A stretch of 64,000 nt of DNA from assembly GCA_965208105.1 (NCBI GenBank), contig OZ242318.1, forward strand, positions 1,920,001 to 1,984,000, given 5' to 3'. The notes below the pieces were generated by a model. It saw only the letters and a list, made by a program, of their open reading frames with translations, was not told the DNA's origin and made no database searches. This stretch comes from Candidatus Latescibacterota bacterium (GTDB taxonomy: Bacteria > Latescibacterota > UBA2968 > UBA8231). Position 1 is the stretch's first letter; each line of letters starts with the position of its first letter. This document shows positions 38,643 through 48,159 of the stretch, piece by piece. Both the position numbers and the translations under genes were made by a program.

Positions 38643-39311
38643 ATGATGAAGGAACTCACTCTTCTCCTCCTGACGTTCTACATGGGCGCCGCACCTGTCT
38701 TTGCGCAGGAAGCGCAGGCCGATTCCTCGCGGAGCGAACGGCCGGTGTTTTCGATGACCCCCAGCTGAGTGGGCTGACCAGGCGAAGGCGCACCGCTCCG
38801 GGGGAGCGGCATCCATACGAAGATTTCCTTCTCGGGGCGTTTCGTGGATACGTCCAGGGACCGCCCGCGATGGCGGTTCACCGCCAGCTACCGCCTGCAT
38901 CGGCGCCTGCAGGTCGGGGCCGAGCTGAATCCAAAGGCGAAGGAGGCGGGACCTCTTGTTACCCTGTTCCTGTTCACCGAGACCCGGACCCGTCCCGCGC
39001 TCTTTCTGGGCACGAGCTCGGACCGGATCGGCTCGCCGGCGGGGGAGCAGTCCTACTTCGCGACGACAAGCAAATTCATCCCCCGGCTGCGCGCTGCCTT
39101 CTACGGCAGCCTGAATTACTCCGAGTGGGACGGCAAGCTCAATCTTCCCCTCGGCGCCGAAATCGAACTGGGCAGAGGCTTCTCGCTGCGGCCCATGTAC
39201 GACGGCGACCGCGGGCATGTGATGCTGAATTATTTCGCGGCGCAATACGGTGTCAGCCTGATGTACGTTTGGTTCGAGACCCCGGGTATTTCGCTATCAC
39301 TCGGATTCTAG
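38643..39311 (+). CDS. Candidate exported double selenoprotein (UxxU motif), beta-rich, unknown family
   Basis: ORFs 38517-38768 and 38844-39311 share a frame and are separated only by TGA-GTG-GGC-TGA (38766-38777). Read-through gives 222 aa: signal peptide MMKELTLLLLTFYMGAAPVFA, then …TPS-U-VG-U-PGEG…, ending GISLSLGF. A hairpin follows the TGAs and selB is in the window. Confidence 0.72.
38793..38809 (+). promoter_or_regulatory. Candidate SECIS hairpin for the UxxU gene
   Basis: CCGCTC-CGGGG-GAGCGG; the loop starts 30 nt after the first TGA and 21 nt after the second. Confidence 0.62.
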
Positions 39312-39333
39312 TGTCCCGTCGCATGGAGGACCG

Positions 39334-40017
39334 ATGCGTTTTCGCAAGATTCTATTTCTGATTGTTCTGGCAAGTTCAGCTTCCCTTGTAGCTGAAATCT
39401 CGATTCCCGAAAAGGCCCTCTGCAGTGTCTGTGCATTGAAGGGCGGCGAGACGGAGCTGGAAAAGGTCAAGGCCCACTCCGAACATGAAGACACGCCCTA
39501 CTATTTCTGCTCCGGAGACTGCAAGGAAGAATTCGACTCTGACCCCCTGGCCTATATCCCACCTGAGTTTCCACGGCCCGCCCCGGCCTTCACCGTCGAA
39601 ACTCCCCAGGGCGGGGACAAGGCGCTGGAGGACCTGAAGGGCAAGGTCGCGATCGTGGACTTCTGGGCTACGTGGTGCAAACCTTGTCTCGAGGGCATGC
39701 CCCGGCTGCAAAAGCTCTACAACGCCTATTCCGGCCAGGGCTTCGAGGTTTGGGGCGTGGCCATAGACGAAGGTCAAAACCGGGTCGAGAAGATTGAGCG
39801 AATGGTGGACAAGTTGGATATCTCCTATCCCATCTTCCTCGAAGCGAAACGGATGCCTGCCTGGTACCTTTTCAAGGTCAAGGCGATTCCCGCCATGTAT
39901 CTCCTGGACGGAGAAGGCCGGATCGCGGCGCAGTGGACGGGAAAGATAGATTTCGAGGCTGCAGAGAAGGAAGTCCAGAGATTGCTGGAAGAAAGGGCCC
40001 AGGGCGATGAGCCGTGA
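39334..40017 (+). CDS. Exported YHS/TRASH-domain plus TlpA-like thioredoxin fusion
   Basis: Signal peptide; CSVC and YYFCSGDCKEEFDSDP (YHS); VDFWATWCKPC and cis-Pro VKAIP (TlpA/redoxin); GGAGG SD. Confidence 0.88.
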   Translation: MRFRKILFLIVLASSASLVAEISIPEKALCSVCALKGGETELEKVKAHSEHEDTPYYFCSGDCKEEFDSDPLAYIPPEFPRPAPAFTVETPQGGDKALEDLKGKVAIVDFWATWCKPCLEGMPRLQKLYNAYSGQGFEVWGVAIDEGQNRVEKIERMVDKLDISYPIFLEAKRMPAWYLFKVKAIPAMYLLDGEGRIAAQWTGKIDFEAAEKEVQRLLEERAQGDEP

Positions 40018-40146
40018 GCAGGTCCGCGGCAAAGAATATGGAAAGCCGAGGTTGAGGCGCCCTGAGCGAATCCCTTGCGGTGAGTACGCTCGTCCGTGTT
40101 GCTCCCGCTCGATCCACACCATCGCAGTTGAGAACAGGAGCCTGAT

Positions 40147-43011
40147 ATGAGACGGTTCTGGATGCTGTCCCCTGTTGTTCCCTTGCTGCTGTGCGCCTGC
40201 GCCGGCACCCCGAAGGCACCCGCGTCGCGGCCGGAAGTGGAGAAGACGACCGCGGAGCCGGAGGACCCGAAGCTGGCCATCGACCCCCTGGTGACCACCG
40301 GCCGGCTCGACAACGGCCTGCGCTACGTCATCCGCAAAAACCAGAAGCCCGAGAACAGGGTCGAGCTGCGGCTGGCGGTCGACGCGGGATCGGTGCTGGA
40401 GGACGAAGACCAGCAGGGCCTGGCGCACTTCGCCGAGCACATGGCCTTCAACGGCACCAAAAACTTCGCCAAGCAGGAGCTGGTGGACTACCTGGAGCTG
40501 ATCGGCATGCGCTTCGGGCCGGACCTCAATGCCTACACCAGCTTCGACGAGACCGTCTACATGCTCACCGTGCCCACCGACAGCGCCGAGGTGGTGGAAA
40601 CGGCCTTCCAGATTCTGGAGGACTGGGCCCACCAGATCAGCTTCGAAGCGGAGGAGATCGACAAGGAGCGGGGCGTGGTCATCGAAGAGTGGCGCCTGGG
40701 CCGCGGCGCCCAGCAGCGCATGTTCGACCGGCAACTTCCCATCATCCTCAAGGATTCGCGCTACGCCGCGCGCCTGCCCATCGGTCAAAAGGCCGTGCTC
40801 GATACCTTCGGGCACGAGACCCTGCGCCGCTTCTATCGCACCTGGTACCGGCCCGACCTCATGGGTTTCACGGCCGTCGGCGATATCGAGCCGGCGGCTG
40901 TGGAGGCGCTGGTGCGGAAGTACTTCGGGCGCATCCCGGCGGCGGAAAACCCGCGCCAACGCACGGTTTTCCAGGTGCCCGACCACGAGGAGACCCTCTT
41001 CGCCATCGCCTCCGACCCGGAGGCCACCCACAACAGCGTCAGCATCTACTACAAGATGGACGTGCGGCCCCAGGGGACCGTGAGCACCTACCGGCGCTCG
41101 CTCATCGAGGGCCTGTATCACCGCATGTTCAACCAGCGCCTGCACGAGCTGACCAAGCTTCCCGAGCCGCCTTTCCTGGGAGCCTATTCGGGGCAGGGGC
41201 GCTGGCTGCGCTCCAAGGAGTTCTTCGTCCTCGGCGCCGGGGTGCAGAACAACGGGTTGGACGCCGGACTGGAGGCCCTGCTGCTCGAGGCGGCGAGAGT
41301 GCGGCAGCACGGCTTCACCGCCTCCGAGCTGGAACGCGAGAAGAAGGAAATGCTGCGCGGCGTGGAGCAGGCCTACCGCGAGCGCGACAAGCAGCAGTCG
41401 AGCGCCTTTGCCGCCGAGTACGTGCGCCATCTGCTGACCGGCGAGGCCATCCCCGGCATCGCCGGGGAGTACGAGCTCTACCAGGAGCTGGTCCCCGGCA
41501 TTGCGCTGGAGGAGGTCAATGCGCTGGCCAGCGAGTGGACCAGCGAAGAGAACCGGGTGATCGCCGTGGATGCTCCCGAGCAGGAGGGCATTGACGTGCC
41601 CGACGAGCAGGACCTGCTGTCGATCTTCGCCCGGGTGGCGCGGCGGGAGATCGCGCCCTACGCCGACGAGGTGTCCGACGACCCGCTCGTGGCCCAGGTG
41701 CCGGCTGCGGCTGAAATCGTCGAGCGCAGTGAAATTCCCGAGATCGGGGTGACCTGGTGGACCCTTTCCAACGGCGTCAGGGTGTGCCTGAAGCCGACGG
41801 ACTTCAAGAACGACGAGATCCTCTTCAATGCCTACAGTCCCGGGGGGCACTCCCTGGTCCCCGACGCCGATTACGTCGCCGCCTCGACGGCGACCGCGGT
41901 GGTGGGAGAGGGCGGCGTCGGGCCGTTCGACAAGATCGAGCTGGAGAAGAAACTTGCCGGCAAGGTGGTGGGGGTATCACCGTGGATCGGCAGCCTGCGG
42001 GAGGGGATTTCCGGCTCGGCCTCGCCCGAGGACGTGCGCACCATGTTCGAGCTGATCTACGCCTTCTTCACCGCTCCGCGCCAGGACAGCACCGCCTTCC
42101 AGGCCTACCGGACGCGCATGCGAGGCTCCATCCAGAATCGCAGCGCGCGCCCGGAGACCGCCTTCGGGGACACCATTGCGGTCACCATGTCCCAGTACCA
42201 CCACCGCGGGCGCCCCTGGTCGCTGGAGCTGCTCGACGAGATGGACCTGGCCACCTCCATGGCCGTGTACCGGGACCGCTTTGCCGACGCCGGCGACTTC
42301 TCTTTCTTCTTCGTCGGCAACTTCACCCTCGAGGGCATGGAGCCGCTGGTGCGCAGCTATCTGGGCGGTCTGCCGTCCGCGGGACGGGAGGAGACCTGGC
42401 GCGACCTGGGCATCGATGCCCCGGAGGGCGTGGTCGACAAGGCGGTCCACCGCGGCATCGAACCCAAGAGCCGGTCGCGGATGATCTTCACCGGCCCCTT
42501 CGAGTACGACGGCTGGAAGAACAACCTCGAACTCGGGGCCATGACCTCCGTGCTGCAGATCAAGCTGCGCGAGGTTCTGCGCGAGGACCTGGGCGGCACC
42601 TATGGAGTCTGGGTCGGCGGCACGGGCTCGCGCTACCCGGACGGGGAGTACCGCATCTCCATCACCTTCGGCAGCGATCCCGACCGCGTCGAGGAGCTGA
42701 CGCAGGTGATATTCGCGCAGATCGACAGTCTGAAGACCGCCGGCACCACCGGCCTCTACATCGACAAGGTCAAGGAAATGCGCAAGCGCCGGCGCGAGAT
42801 CGACCTCAAGGAGAACGGTTTCTGGGTCCGGGCCCTGGAGTCGGCCGACTTCAACGGCGTCGATCCGCGGCTGCTGGTTCGCTACCCGGAGCTGGTCGAC
42901 TCGCTGACCGCGGAGATGGTGCAGCAGGCGGCGCGGAAGTACTTCAACATGGACCGCTACGTGCGGGTGGTGCTGTATCCGGAGGACCCGGGCGAGCCGG
43001 GAGAGGAGTAG
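40147..43011 (+). CDS. M16 (pitrilysin/insulinase, PqqL-like) zinc protease, lipoprotein
   Basis: Lipobox-like LLCAC; LDNGL, AHFAEHMAF (HxxEH), NAYTSFDETVY, LSNGV and LREDLGGTY. Confidence 0.92.
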   Translation: MRRFWMLSPVVPLLLCACAGTPKAPASRPEVEKTTAEPEDPKLAIDPLVTTGRLDNGLRYVIRKNQKPENRVELRLAVDAGSVLEDEDQQGLAHFAEHMAFNGTKNFAKQELVDYLELIGMRFGPDLNAYTSFDETVYMLTVPTDSAEVVETAFQILEDWAHQISFEAEEIDKERGVVIEEWRLGRGAQQRMFDRQLPIILKDSRYAARLPIGQKAVLDTFGHETLRRFYRTWYRPDLMGFTAVGDIEPAAVEALVRKYFGRIPAAENPRQRTVFQVPDHEETLFAIASDPEATHNSVSIYYKMDVRPQGTVSTYRRSLIEGLYHRMFNQRLHELTKLPEPPFLGAYSGQGRWLRSKEFFVLGAGVQNNGLDAGLEALLLEAARVRQHGFTASELEREKKEMLRGVEQAYRERDKQQSSAFAAEYVRHLLTGEAIPGIAGEYELYQELVPGIALEEVNALASEWTSEENRVIAVDAPEQEGIDVPDEQDLLSIFARVARREIAPYADEVSDDPLVAQVPAAAEIVERSEIPEIGVTWWTLSNGVRVCLKPTDFKNDEILFNAYSPGGHSLVPDADYVAASTATAVVGEGGVGPFDKIELEKKLAGKVVGVSPWIGSLREGISGSASPEDVRTMFELIYAFFTAPRQDSTAFQAYRTRMRGSIQNRSARPETAFGDTIAVTMSQYHHRGRPWSLELLDEMDLATSMAVYRDRFADAGDFSFFFVGNFTLEGMEPLVRSYLGGLPSAGREETWRDLGIDAPEGVVDKAVHRGIEPKSRSRMIFTGPFEYDGWKNNLELGAMTSVLQIKLREVLREDLGGTYGVWVGGTGSRYPDGEYRISITFGSDPDRVEELTQVIFAQIDSLKTAGTTGLYIDKVKEMRKRRREIDLKENGFWVRALESADFNGVDPRLLVRYPELVDSLTAEMVQQAARKYFNMDRYVRVVLYPEDPGEPGEE

Positions 43012-43064
43012 CACATCGAGGCAGCGCAAATGCGCGGCCCCAGTTTTTGCGAAAGGCAAAAATC

Positions 43065-43889
43065 ATGGAAAACACCGAAACCGTCCGTCTCACTCCGGCG
43101 CAACGGCTGCATTTCGACATCTACGGTTTCGTCCTCCTGGAGAACGTATTCTCCCCCGGCGAAGTCGCGCGCATGAACGACGCGCTCCACCGGATGAAAG
43201 CCGATCCGGACCTGGAGTCCAAGCGGATCTATGCCCGCTGGCACGGCGAGCACCACCTGCGGCTGGGCAACCTGGTGGAGTACGATCCCGCCCTGCTGGA
43301 ATATGCCGCCCACCCCAGGCTGGTTCCGCTCGTCGAGGAGGTGGTCGGCGGCAAGGTGCGCCTGGAGGAGAGCGAGGCGATTATCAACCGCAGGGACCCC
43401 GAGGCGGATATCGAGGCGCTGCGCGGAAGGCGCTTCAACCCCACCGGGTTTCATCGCGGAACGAAGCACGGATGGGGCACCTATTTCGAGGAGAGCAAAT
43501 TCCACTGCATCTTCGTCAAGACCCTGACCTATCTCACCGACGTGGGGCCTGACGACGGCGGCACCTGCGTCATACCCGGCAGCCACCGCCTCACCTGGCC
43601 CCGGGAGGAGATGATCGAAGCCGCCCTTGCCGACGACCGCCTGATCCACCAGGTCGAGGCAGGCGCCGGCTCGGTCCTCCTCTTTCCCGAATCCCTCATC
43701 CACAGCTCGACCTCCATCCGCAGCGACAGGGAGCGCACGATCCTGATCGCGGGCTATACCCCGCCCATGCTGCGCGAATGGCCCGGCAACGAGGTCAGCC
43801 CCGAGTTCGTCGAGACCCTGCCCGAGGAAATCAGGCCGATCATCTCCGGAAGCGCGAGCTGGGGTTGGGAGAGGCCCTATGAAAAATAA
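43065..43889 (+). CDS. PhyH family Fe/2OG enzyme with HxG in place of HxD
   Basis: FDIYGFVLL, GFHRG, YLTDV..DGGTCVIPGSHR and AGSVLLF..LIH. Confidence 0.85.
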   Translation: MENTETVRLTPAQRLHFDIYGFVLLENVFSPGEVARMNDALHRMKADPDLESKRIYARWHGEHHLRLGNLVEYDPALLEYAAHPRLVPLVEEVVGGKVRLEESEAIINRRDPEADIEALRGRRFNPTGFHRGTKHGWGTYFEESKFHCIFVKTLTYLTDVGPDDGGTCVIPGSHRLTWPREEMIEAALADDRLIHQVEAGAGSVLLFPESLIHSSTSIRSDRERTILIAGYTPPMLREWPGNEVSPEFVETLPEEIRPIISGSASWGWERPYEK

Positions 43890-44048
43890 CCTCCACCTGG
43901 TTTTGCCCGGCGCCCCCTCGAAGGGGTCCGGTCGACGTGGGGGCCCGCCGCTGAAGCCCTGAAGGATCGCCGGCAGCCCGGCGGCCGCGTTTCGCACCTC
44001 CGCGATAATGCCTATCTTCAGAATCCAGCCCATGCAGCCGGAGGTCCC

Positions 44049-46856
44049 ATGGCATTTTCCACCCACGGTGAAAACGCCGAGTACATAGAGGGTCTCTACG
44101 CCCAATACCAGCGCGACCCCAGCTCGGTCTCCGAGGAATGGCAGCAATTCTTCCGCGGCTTCGAATTCGGCTTCGAACGCTCTATCGAACGCTCGGAGGC
44201 GCCCGACGGCGAATCAGAACAGGCGGAGTTGCAGACCATCGAGGCCAACGAGGGCCTGCTGGTCTTCGTCGGCGTCCAGGCCCTGGTGCAGGCCTACCGG
44301 CAGATGGGCCATTTCGTCGCCCGGCTCGACCCGCTGGGGCACAAGCGCCAGGACCTGCCGCTGCTGGACCTGATTGAATTCGGCCTCGCCGAAGAAGACC
44401 TCGAAAAGACGGTGGGAACGGGTGGATTTCTCGGGAGCACCGACGGGACCTTGAAGGGGCTCCTGAGCAAGCTGCAGACCACCTATTGCCGCTCCATCGG
44501 CGTCGAGTACATGGACATCCCGGACAAGGACCAGCGCGACTGGCTGCAGGAGCGCATCGAACCCTGCCTCAACAGGCCCGATCTGTCCGCGGGAGCCGCC
44601 CGCCGGGTGCTGGCGCGGCTGATCGCCGCCGAGCAGTTCGAACATTTTCTGCACACGCGATACCTCGGGCAGAAGCGCTTCTCCCTCGAAGGGGCCGAGT
44701 CCATGGTGCCGCTGTTGGACGAACTGGTGGACACCGGCTCCAGGCTGGGCGTCGAAGAGATGGTCATGGGCATGGCCCACCGCGGCCGCCTGAACGTGCT
44801 GGCGCACATCCTGAACAAGCCCTACGAGGAGATCATCGCCGAGTTCGAGGGTGCCGACCGCACCGACCGCGACGACGACGAGGGCGACGTCAAATACCAC
44901 AAGGGGTATTCCTGCGACCACGTCACCGACGCGGGCCGCAAGATCCATCTCTCCCTCAGCTTCAACCCCAGCCATCTGGAGCTGGTCGACCCGGTCATCG
45001 AGGGCATCGTCCATGCCAAGCAGGCCTACCTGCGCGACGACGACGGGGAGAGGGTGGTCCCGGTGATCATCCACGGCGAGGCCGCCTTCACCGGCCAGGG
45101 GATCGTCTCCGAGACCCTCAATCTCTCCGAGCTGGAGGGCTACCGCACCGGCGGAACCATCCACATCATCATCAACAATCAGCTCGGCTATACGGCCACG
45201 GCCGGCGAGACCCGCTTCACCCCCTATCCCACCGATGTGGCCAAGGAAATCCAGGCGCCGGTCTTCCACGTCAACGCCGACGACCCCGAGGCCGTGGTAC
45301 AGGCCGCGCGCGTGGCGATGGAGTTCAGGCACCGCTTCAAGGTGGATGTCTTCATCGATCTGTGGTGCTATCGCCGCCACGGCCACAACGAGGCCGACGA
45401 CCCGACCCTGACCCAGCCGCTGATGTACAAAGAAATTGCCGGACATCCGACGATCCGCCATCTCTACTCCTTCCAGCTCATCGCCCGGAACAAAATCTCC
45501 AGGGAGGAAGCCGACGACATCCGCGCGCGGATCCGCAACCGGCTCGACGAAGCCCAGGAAATCGCCCACCGCCTGCAGGTACAGCCCGACACCTCGCCGT
45601 TCGGTGGCGTCTGGCAGGGACTGACCTGGGCCCCCGAGGACTGGAGCGCCCAATCAGCGGTCGATGCCGGAACCCTGAAGCGGATCGTCGAACGGGCAAC
45701 CCAGGTCCCCGAGGGGTTTTCCCTGCACCGCACGATTCAGCGGATGGCCGAGGCGCGCCGCGCCATGGCCGCCGGCCGGGCCCCAGCCGACTGGGGCTGC
45801 GCCGAGGTGATGGCCATCGGCTCGCTGCTGCGCGAGGGGGTGCCGGTGCGCCTGACCGGGCAGGATGCCCAGCGCGGCACCTTCGCCCACCGCCACGCCG
45901 TCTGGCACGACACCGAGACCGGCGCGCAGCACATTCCCCTGCAGTGCCTGGAGGATGGGCAGGGAGACTTCGTCGTGCTCAACACCATGTTGTCGGAGCT
46001 GGCCGTTCTCGGTTTCGAGTACGGGATCAGCTCGGCTGACCCCAAGCGCCTGGTCCTGTGGGAGGCCCAGTTCGGCGACTTCGTCAACGGCGCCCAGATG
46101 ATCATCGACCAGTACCTCTCCAGCGGCGAGGCCAAGTGGCAGCGGATGAGCGGCCTGGTGCTGCTGCTGCCGCACGGCTACGAGGGCATGGGTCCGGAGC
46201 ATTCCAGCGCGAGGGTGGAGCGCTTTCTGCAAATGTGCGCCAAGAGCAACATGCAGGTGGCCTGCCCCACCACTCCCGCGCAGTATTTCCACGTCCTGCG
46301 GCGACAGATGCTGCGCAACTTCCGCAAGCCCCTGGTGCTGATGACCCCAAAGAGCCTTCTGCGCCACGAACAATGCGTCTCGGAGCTGGGAGAGTTCAGC
46401 TCGGGGACCTTCAGGCGGATCATCGACGACGCGGAGGCCGCCGATCCCGCGGCGGTCGGCCGGGTGGTGCTGTGCACCGGAAAGATCTACTACGACCTGG
46501 CAGCCGCCCGCAGCGAGGACAAGGGGAGGAACGAGGTCGCGGTGGTGCGCGTCGAGGAACTCTATCCGTTTCCGGCCGCCGAGCTTCAGGCTGCCTTCGG
46601 CCGCTATACCGCGGCCAAGCAGTTCTACTGGGTGCAGGAGGAATCGCAGAACATGGGGGCATGGGACTTTGTCCGGCCTCTCATCGAAAAACTGTTGCCC
46701 CCGCACGGCGAGCTGAGCTACCTGGGCCGCGACGAAGCTGCCAGCCCGGCCACGGGGTCCGGGCACCTCCACGAGACCGAGCAACGGGAAATCGTCAAAC
46801 AGGCCCTGGGCGGAGGCATCGAAATGGTGCTGCACCAGCGGCGACAATCCGGTTAG
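44049..46856 (+). CDS. sucA: 2-oxoglutarate dehydrogenase E1
   Basis: [45 protein letters not shown] and LPHGYEG. Confidence 0.96.
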   Translation: MAFSTHGENAEYIEGLYAQYQRDPSSVSEEWQQFFRGFEFGFERSIERSEAPDGESEQAELQTIEANEGLLVFVGVQALVQAYRQMGHFVARLDPLGHKRQDLPLLDLIEFGLAEEDLEKTVGTGGFLGSTDGTLKGLLSKLQTTYCRSIGVEYMDIPDKDQRDWLQERIEPCLNRPDLSAGAARRVLARLIAAEQFEHFLHTRYLGQKRFSLEGAESMVPLLDELVDTGSRLGVEEMVMGMAHRGRLNVLAHILNKPYEEIIAEFEGADRTDRDDDEGDVKYHKGYSCDHVTDAGRKIHLSLSFNPSHLELVDPVIEGIVHAKQAYLRDDDGERVVPVIIHGEAAFTGQGIVSETLNLSELEGYRTGGTIHIIINNQLGYTATAGETRFTPYPTDVAKEIQAPVFHVNADDPEAVVQAARVAMEFRHRFKVDVFIDLWCYRRHGHNEADDPTLTQPLMYKEIAGHPTIRHLYSFQLIARNKISREEADDIRARIRNRLDEAQEIAHRLQVQPDTSPFGGVWQGLTWAPEDWSAQSAVDAGTLKRIVERATQVPEGFSLHRTIQRMAEARRAMAAGRAPADWGCAEVMAIGSLLREGVPVRLTGQDAQRGTFAHRHAVWHDTETGAQHIPLQCLEDGQGDFVVLNTMLSELAVLGFEYGISSADPKRLVLWEAQFGDFVNGAQMIIDQYLSSGEAKWQRMSGLVLLLPHGYEGMGPEHSSARVERFLQMCAKSNMQVACPTTPAQYFHVLRRQMLRNFRKPLVLMTPKSLLRHEQCVSELGEFSSGTFRRIIDDAEAADPAAVGRVVLCTGKIYYDLAAARSEDKGRNEVAVVRVEELYPFPAAELQAAFGRYTAAKQFYWVQEESQNMGAWDFVRPLIEKLLPPHGELSYLGRDEAASPATGSGHLHETEQREIVKQALGGGIEMVLHQRRQSG

Positions 46857-46866
46857 GAGCGTCGGC

Positions 46867-48129
46867 ATGTCGGTTCAAGTCGAGATTCCGAGCATGGGCG
46901 AATCGGTCAGGGAGGTGATTCTCCTCGAGTGGCTCAAGGGCGACGGCGAGCTCGTCGAACGCGACGACCCGCTCTGCCTGCTGGAGACCGACAAGGCCAG
47001 CGTCGAGCTGCCGTCCCCGGCCAGCGGTTCTCTCAAGCACCTCCAACCTGCCGATACCACCCTGGCCATAGGTGCGGTGATCGCGGAGATAGCTGAAACG
47101 GCGGAATCCCCCGCTCCGGCTCCCGCGCCCAGGCCCGCTGCCGCAGAACCCGCACCCGAACCCGTCCTCAGCCCGGCCGTGCGCCGCCTGGTCGAAGAGC
47201 ACGAGTTGGACCCGGCCGCGATCGAGGGCAAGGGCAAGGGAGGCAGGCTGACGAAGAAGGACGTGCTCGCCCATTTGGAGACCCAGGCCCCGGCCGAACC
47301 CGCACAACCACTGCCGCCGGATGATCCTGGGCAGCCGCCAGCCGGCGAACCTGCGCGGCCGCCCGCTCCCGAGCCCACCCGGTCCTCCCGGGCACCCGCT
47401 CCCACCCCTCCGGCGGCCCCCGCAGAACCCGATCTCGTGCGCCGCGAGCCCATGAGCCGGCTGCGCCAGCGCATTTCCGAGCACCTGGTCGCCGCCCAGC
47501 ACAACGCGGCCATGCTCACCACCTTCAACGAGATCGACATGAGCGCTGTAATGGAGCTCCGGGCAAAGTACAAGGAGCGCTTCGCCCAGGTCCACGGCGC
47601 CTCGCTGGGACTGACGTCCTTCTTCGCGCGGGCGGCCGTCCGGGCCCTCGCCGAGTTTCCGGCGCTCAACGCACAGATCGACGGAACGGACATCCTGTAT
47701 CACGACTTCGTCAACCTGGGGATCGCGGTGAGTACAGACCGCGGCCTGGTGGTGCCGGTTCTGAACCGCGCCGAGGGGATGTCCATCGCCCAGCTCGAAA
47801 GCAACATCAAGCGCCTCTCCCGCGGCGCCCGCGACAACAAGCTCGCCGTGGACGAGCTCAGCGGCGGTACCTTCACCATCACCAACGGCGGGATCTTCGG
47901 CTCGCTGCTTTCCACCCCCATCCTGAACGCGCCGCAGAGTGGAATCCTGGGAATGCACGCGATCCAGGAGCGCCCCGTGGCGGTGGAAGGCCAGGTGGCG
48001 ATCAGGCCGATGATGTACGTGGCGCTTTCCTACGACCACCGGCTGGTCGACGGCCAGCAGTCGGTCTCGTTCCTCGTGCTCATCAAGGAGCTTTTGGAAG
48101 ACCCGCCTCGGTTGGTCCTGGATGTCTAG
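46867..48129 (+). CDS. sucB: Dihydrolipoyllysine succinyltransferase (E2)
   Basis: Lipoyl ETDKA, E3-binding domain [23 protein letters not shown] and YDHRLVDG. Confidence 0.95.
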   Translation: MSVQVEIPSMGESVREVILLEWLKGDGELVERDDPLCLLETDKASVELPSPASGSLKHLQPADTTLAIGAVIAEIAETAESPAPAPAPRPAAAEPAPEPVLSPAVRRLVEEHELDPAAIEGKGKGGRLTKKDVLAHLETQAPAEPAQPLPPDDPGQPPAGEPARPPAPEPTRSSRAPAPTPPAAPAEPDLVRREPMSRLRQRISEHLVAAQHNAAMLTTFNEIDMSAVMELRAKYKERFAQVHGASLGLTSFFARAAVRALAEFPALNAQIDGTDILYHDFVNLGIAVSTDRGLVVPVLNRAEGMSIAQLESNIKRLSRGARDNKLAVDELSGGTFTITNGGIFGSLLSTPILNAPQSGILGMHAIQERPVAVEGQVAIRPMMYVALSYDHRLVDGQQSVSFLVLIKELLEDPPRLVLDV

Positions 48130-48159
48130 CCGCCTCATTCTTCGATTAAGGGAATTACC

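Noticed and set aside
47101-47430. Repetitive Pro/Ala-rich sequence
   Set aside because: Normal flexible linkers of the E2 subunit SucB.
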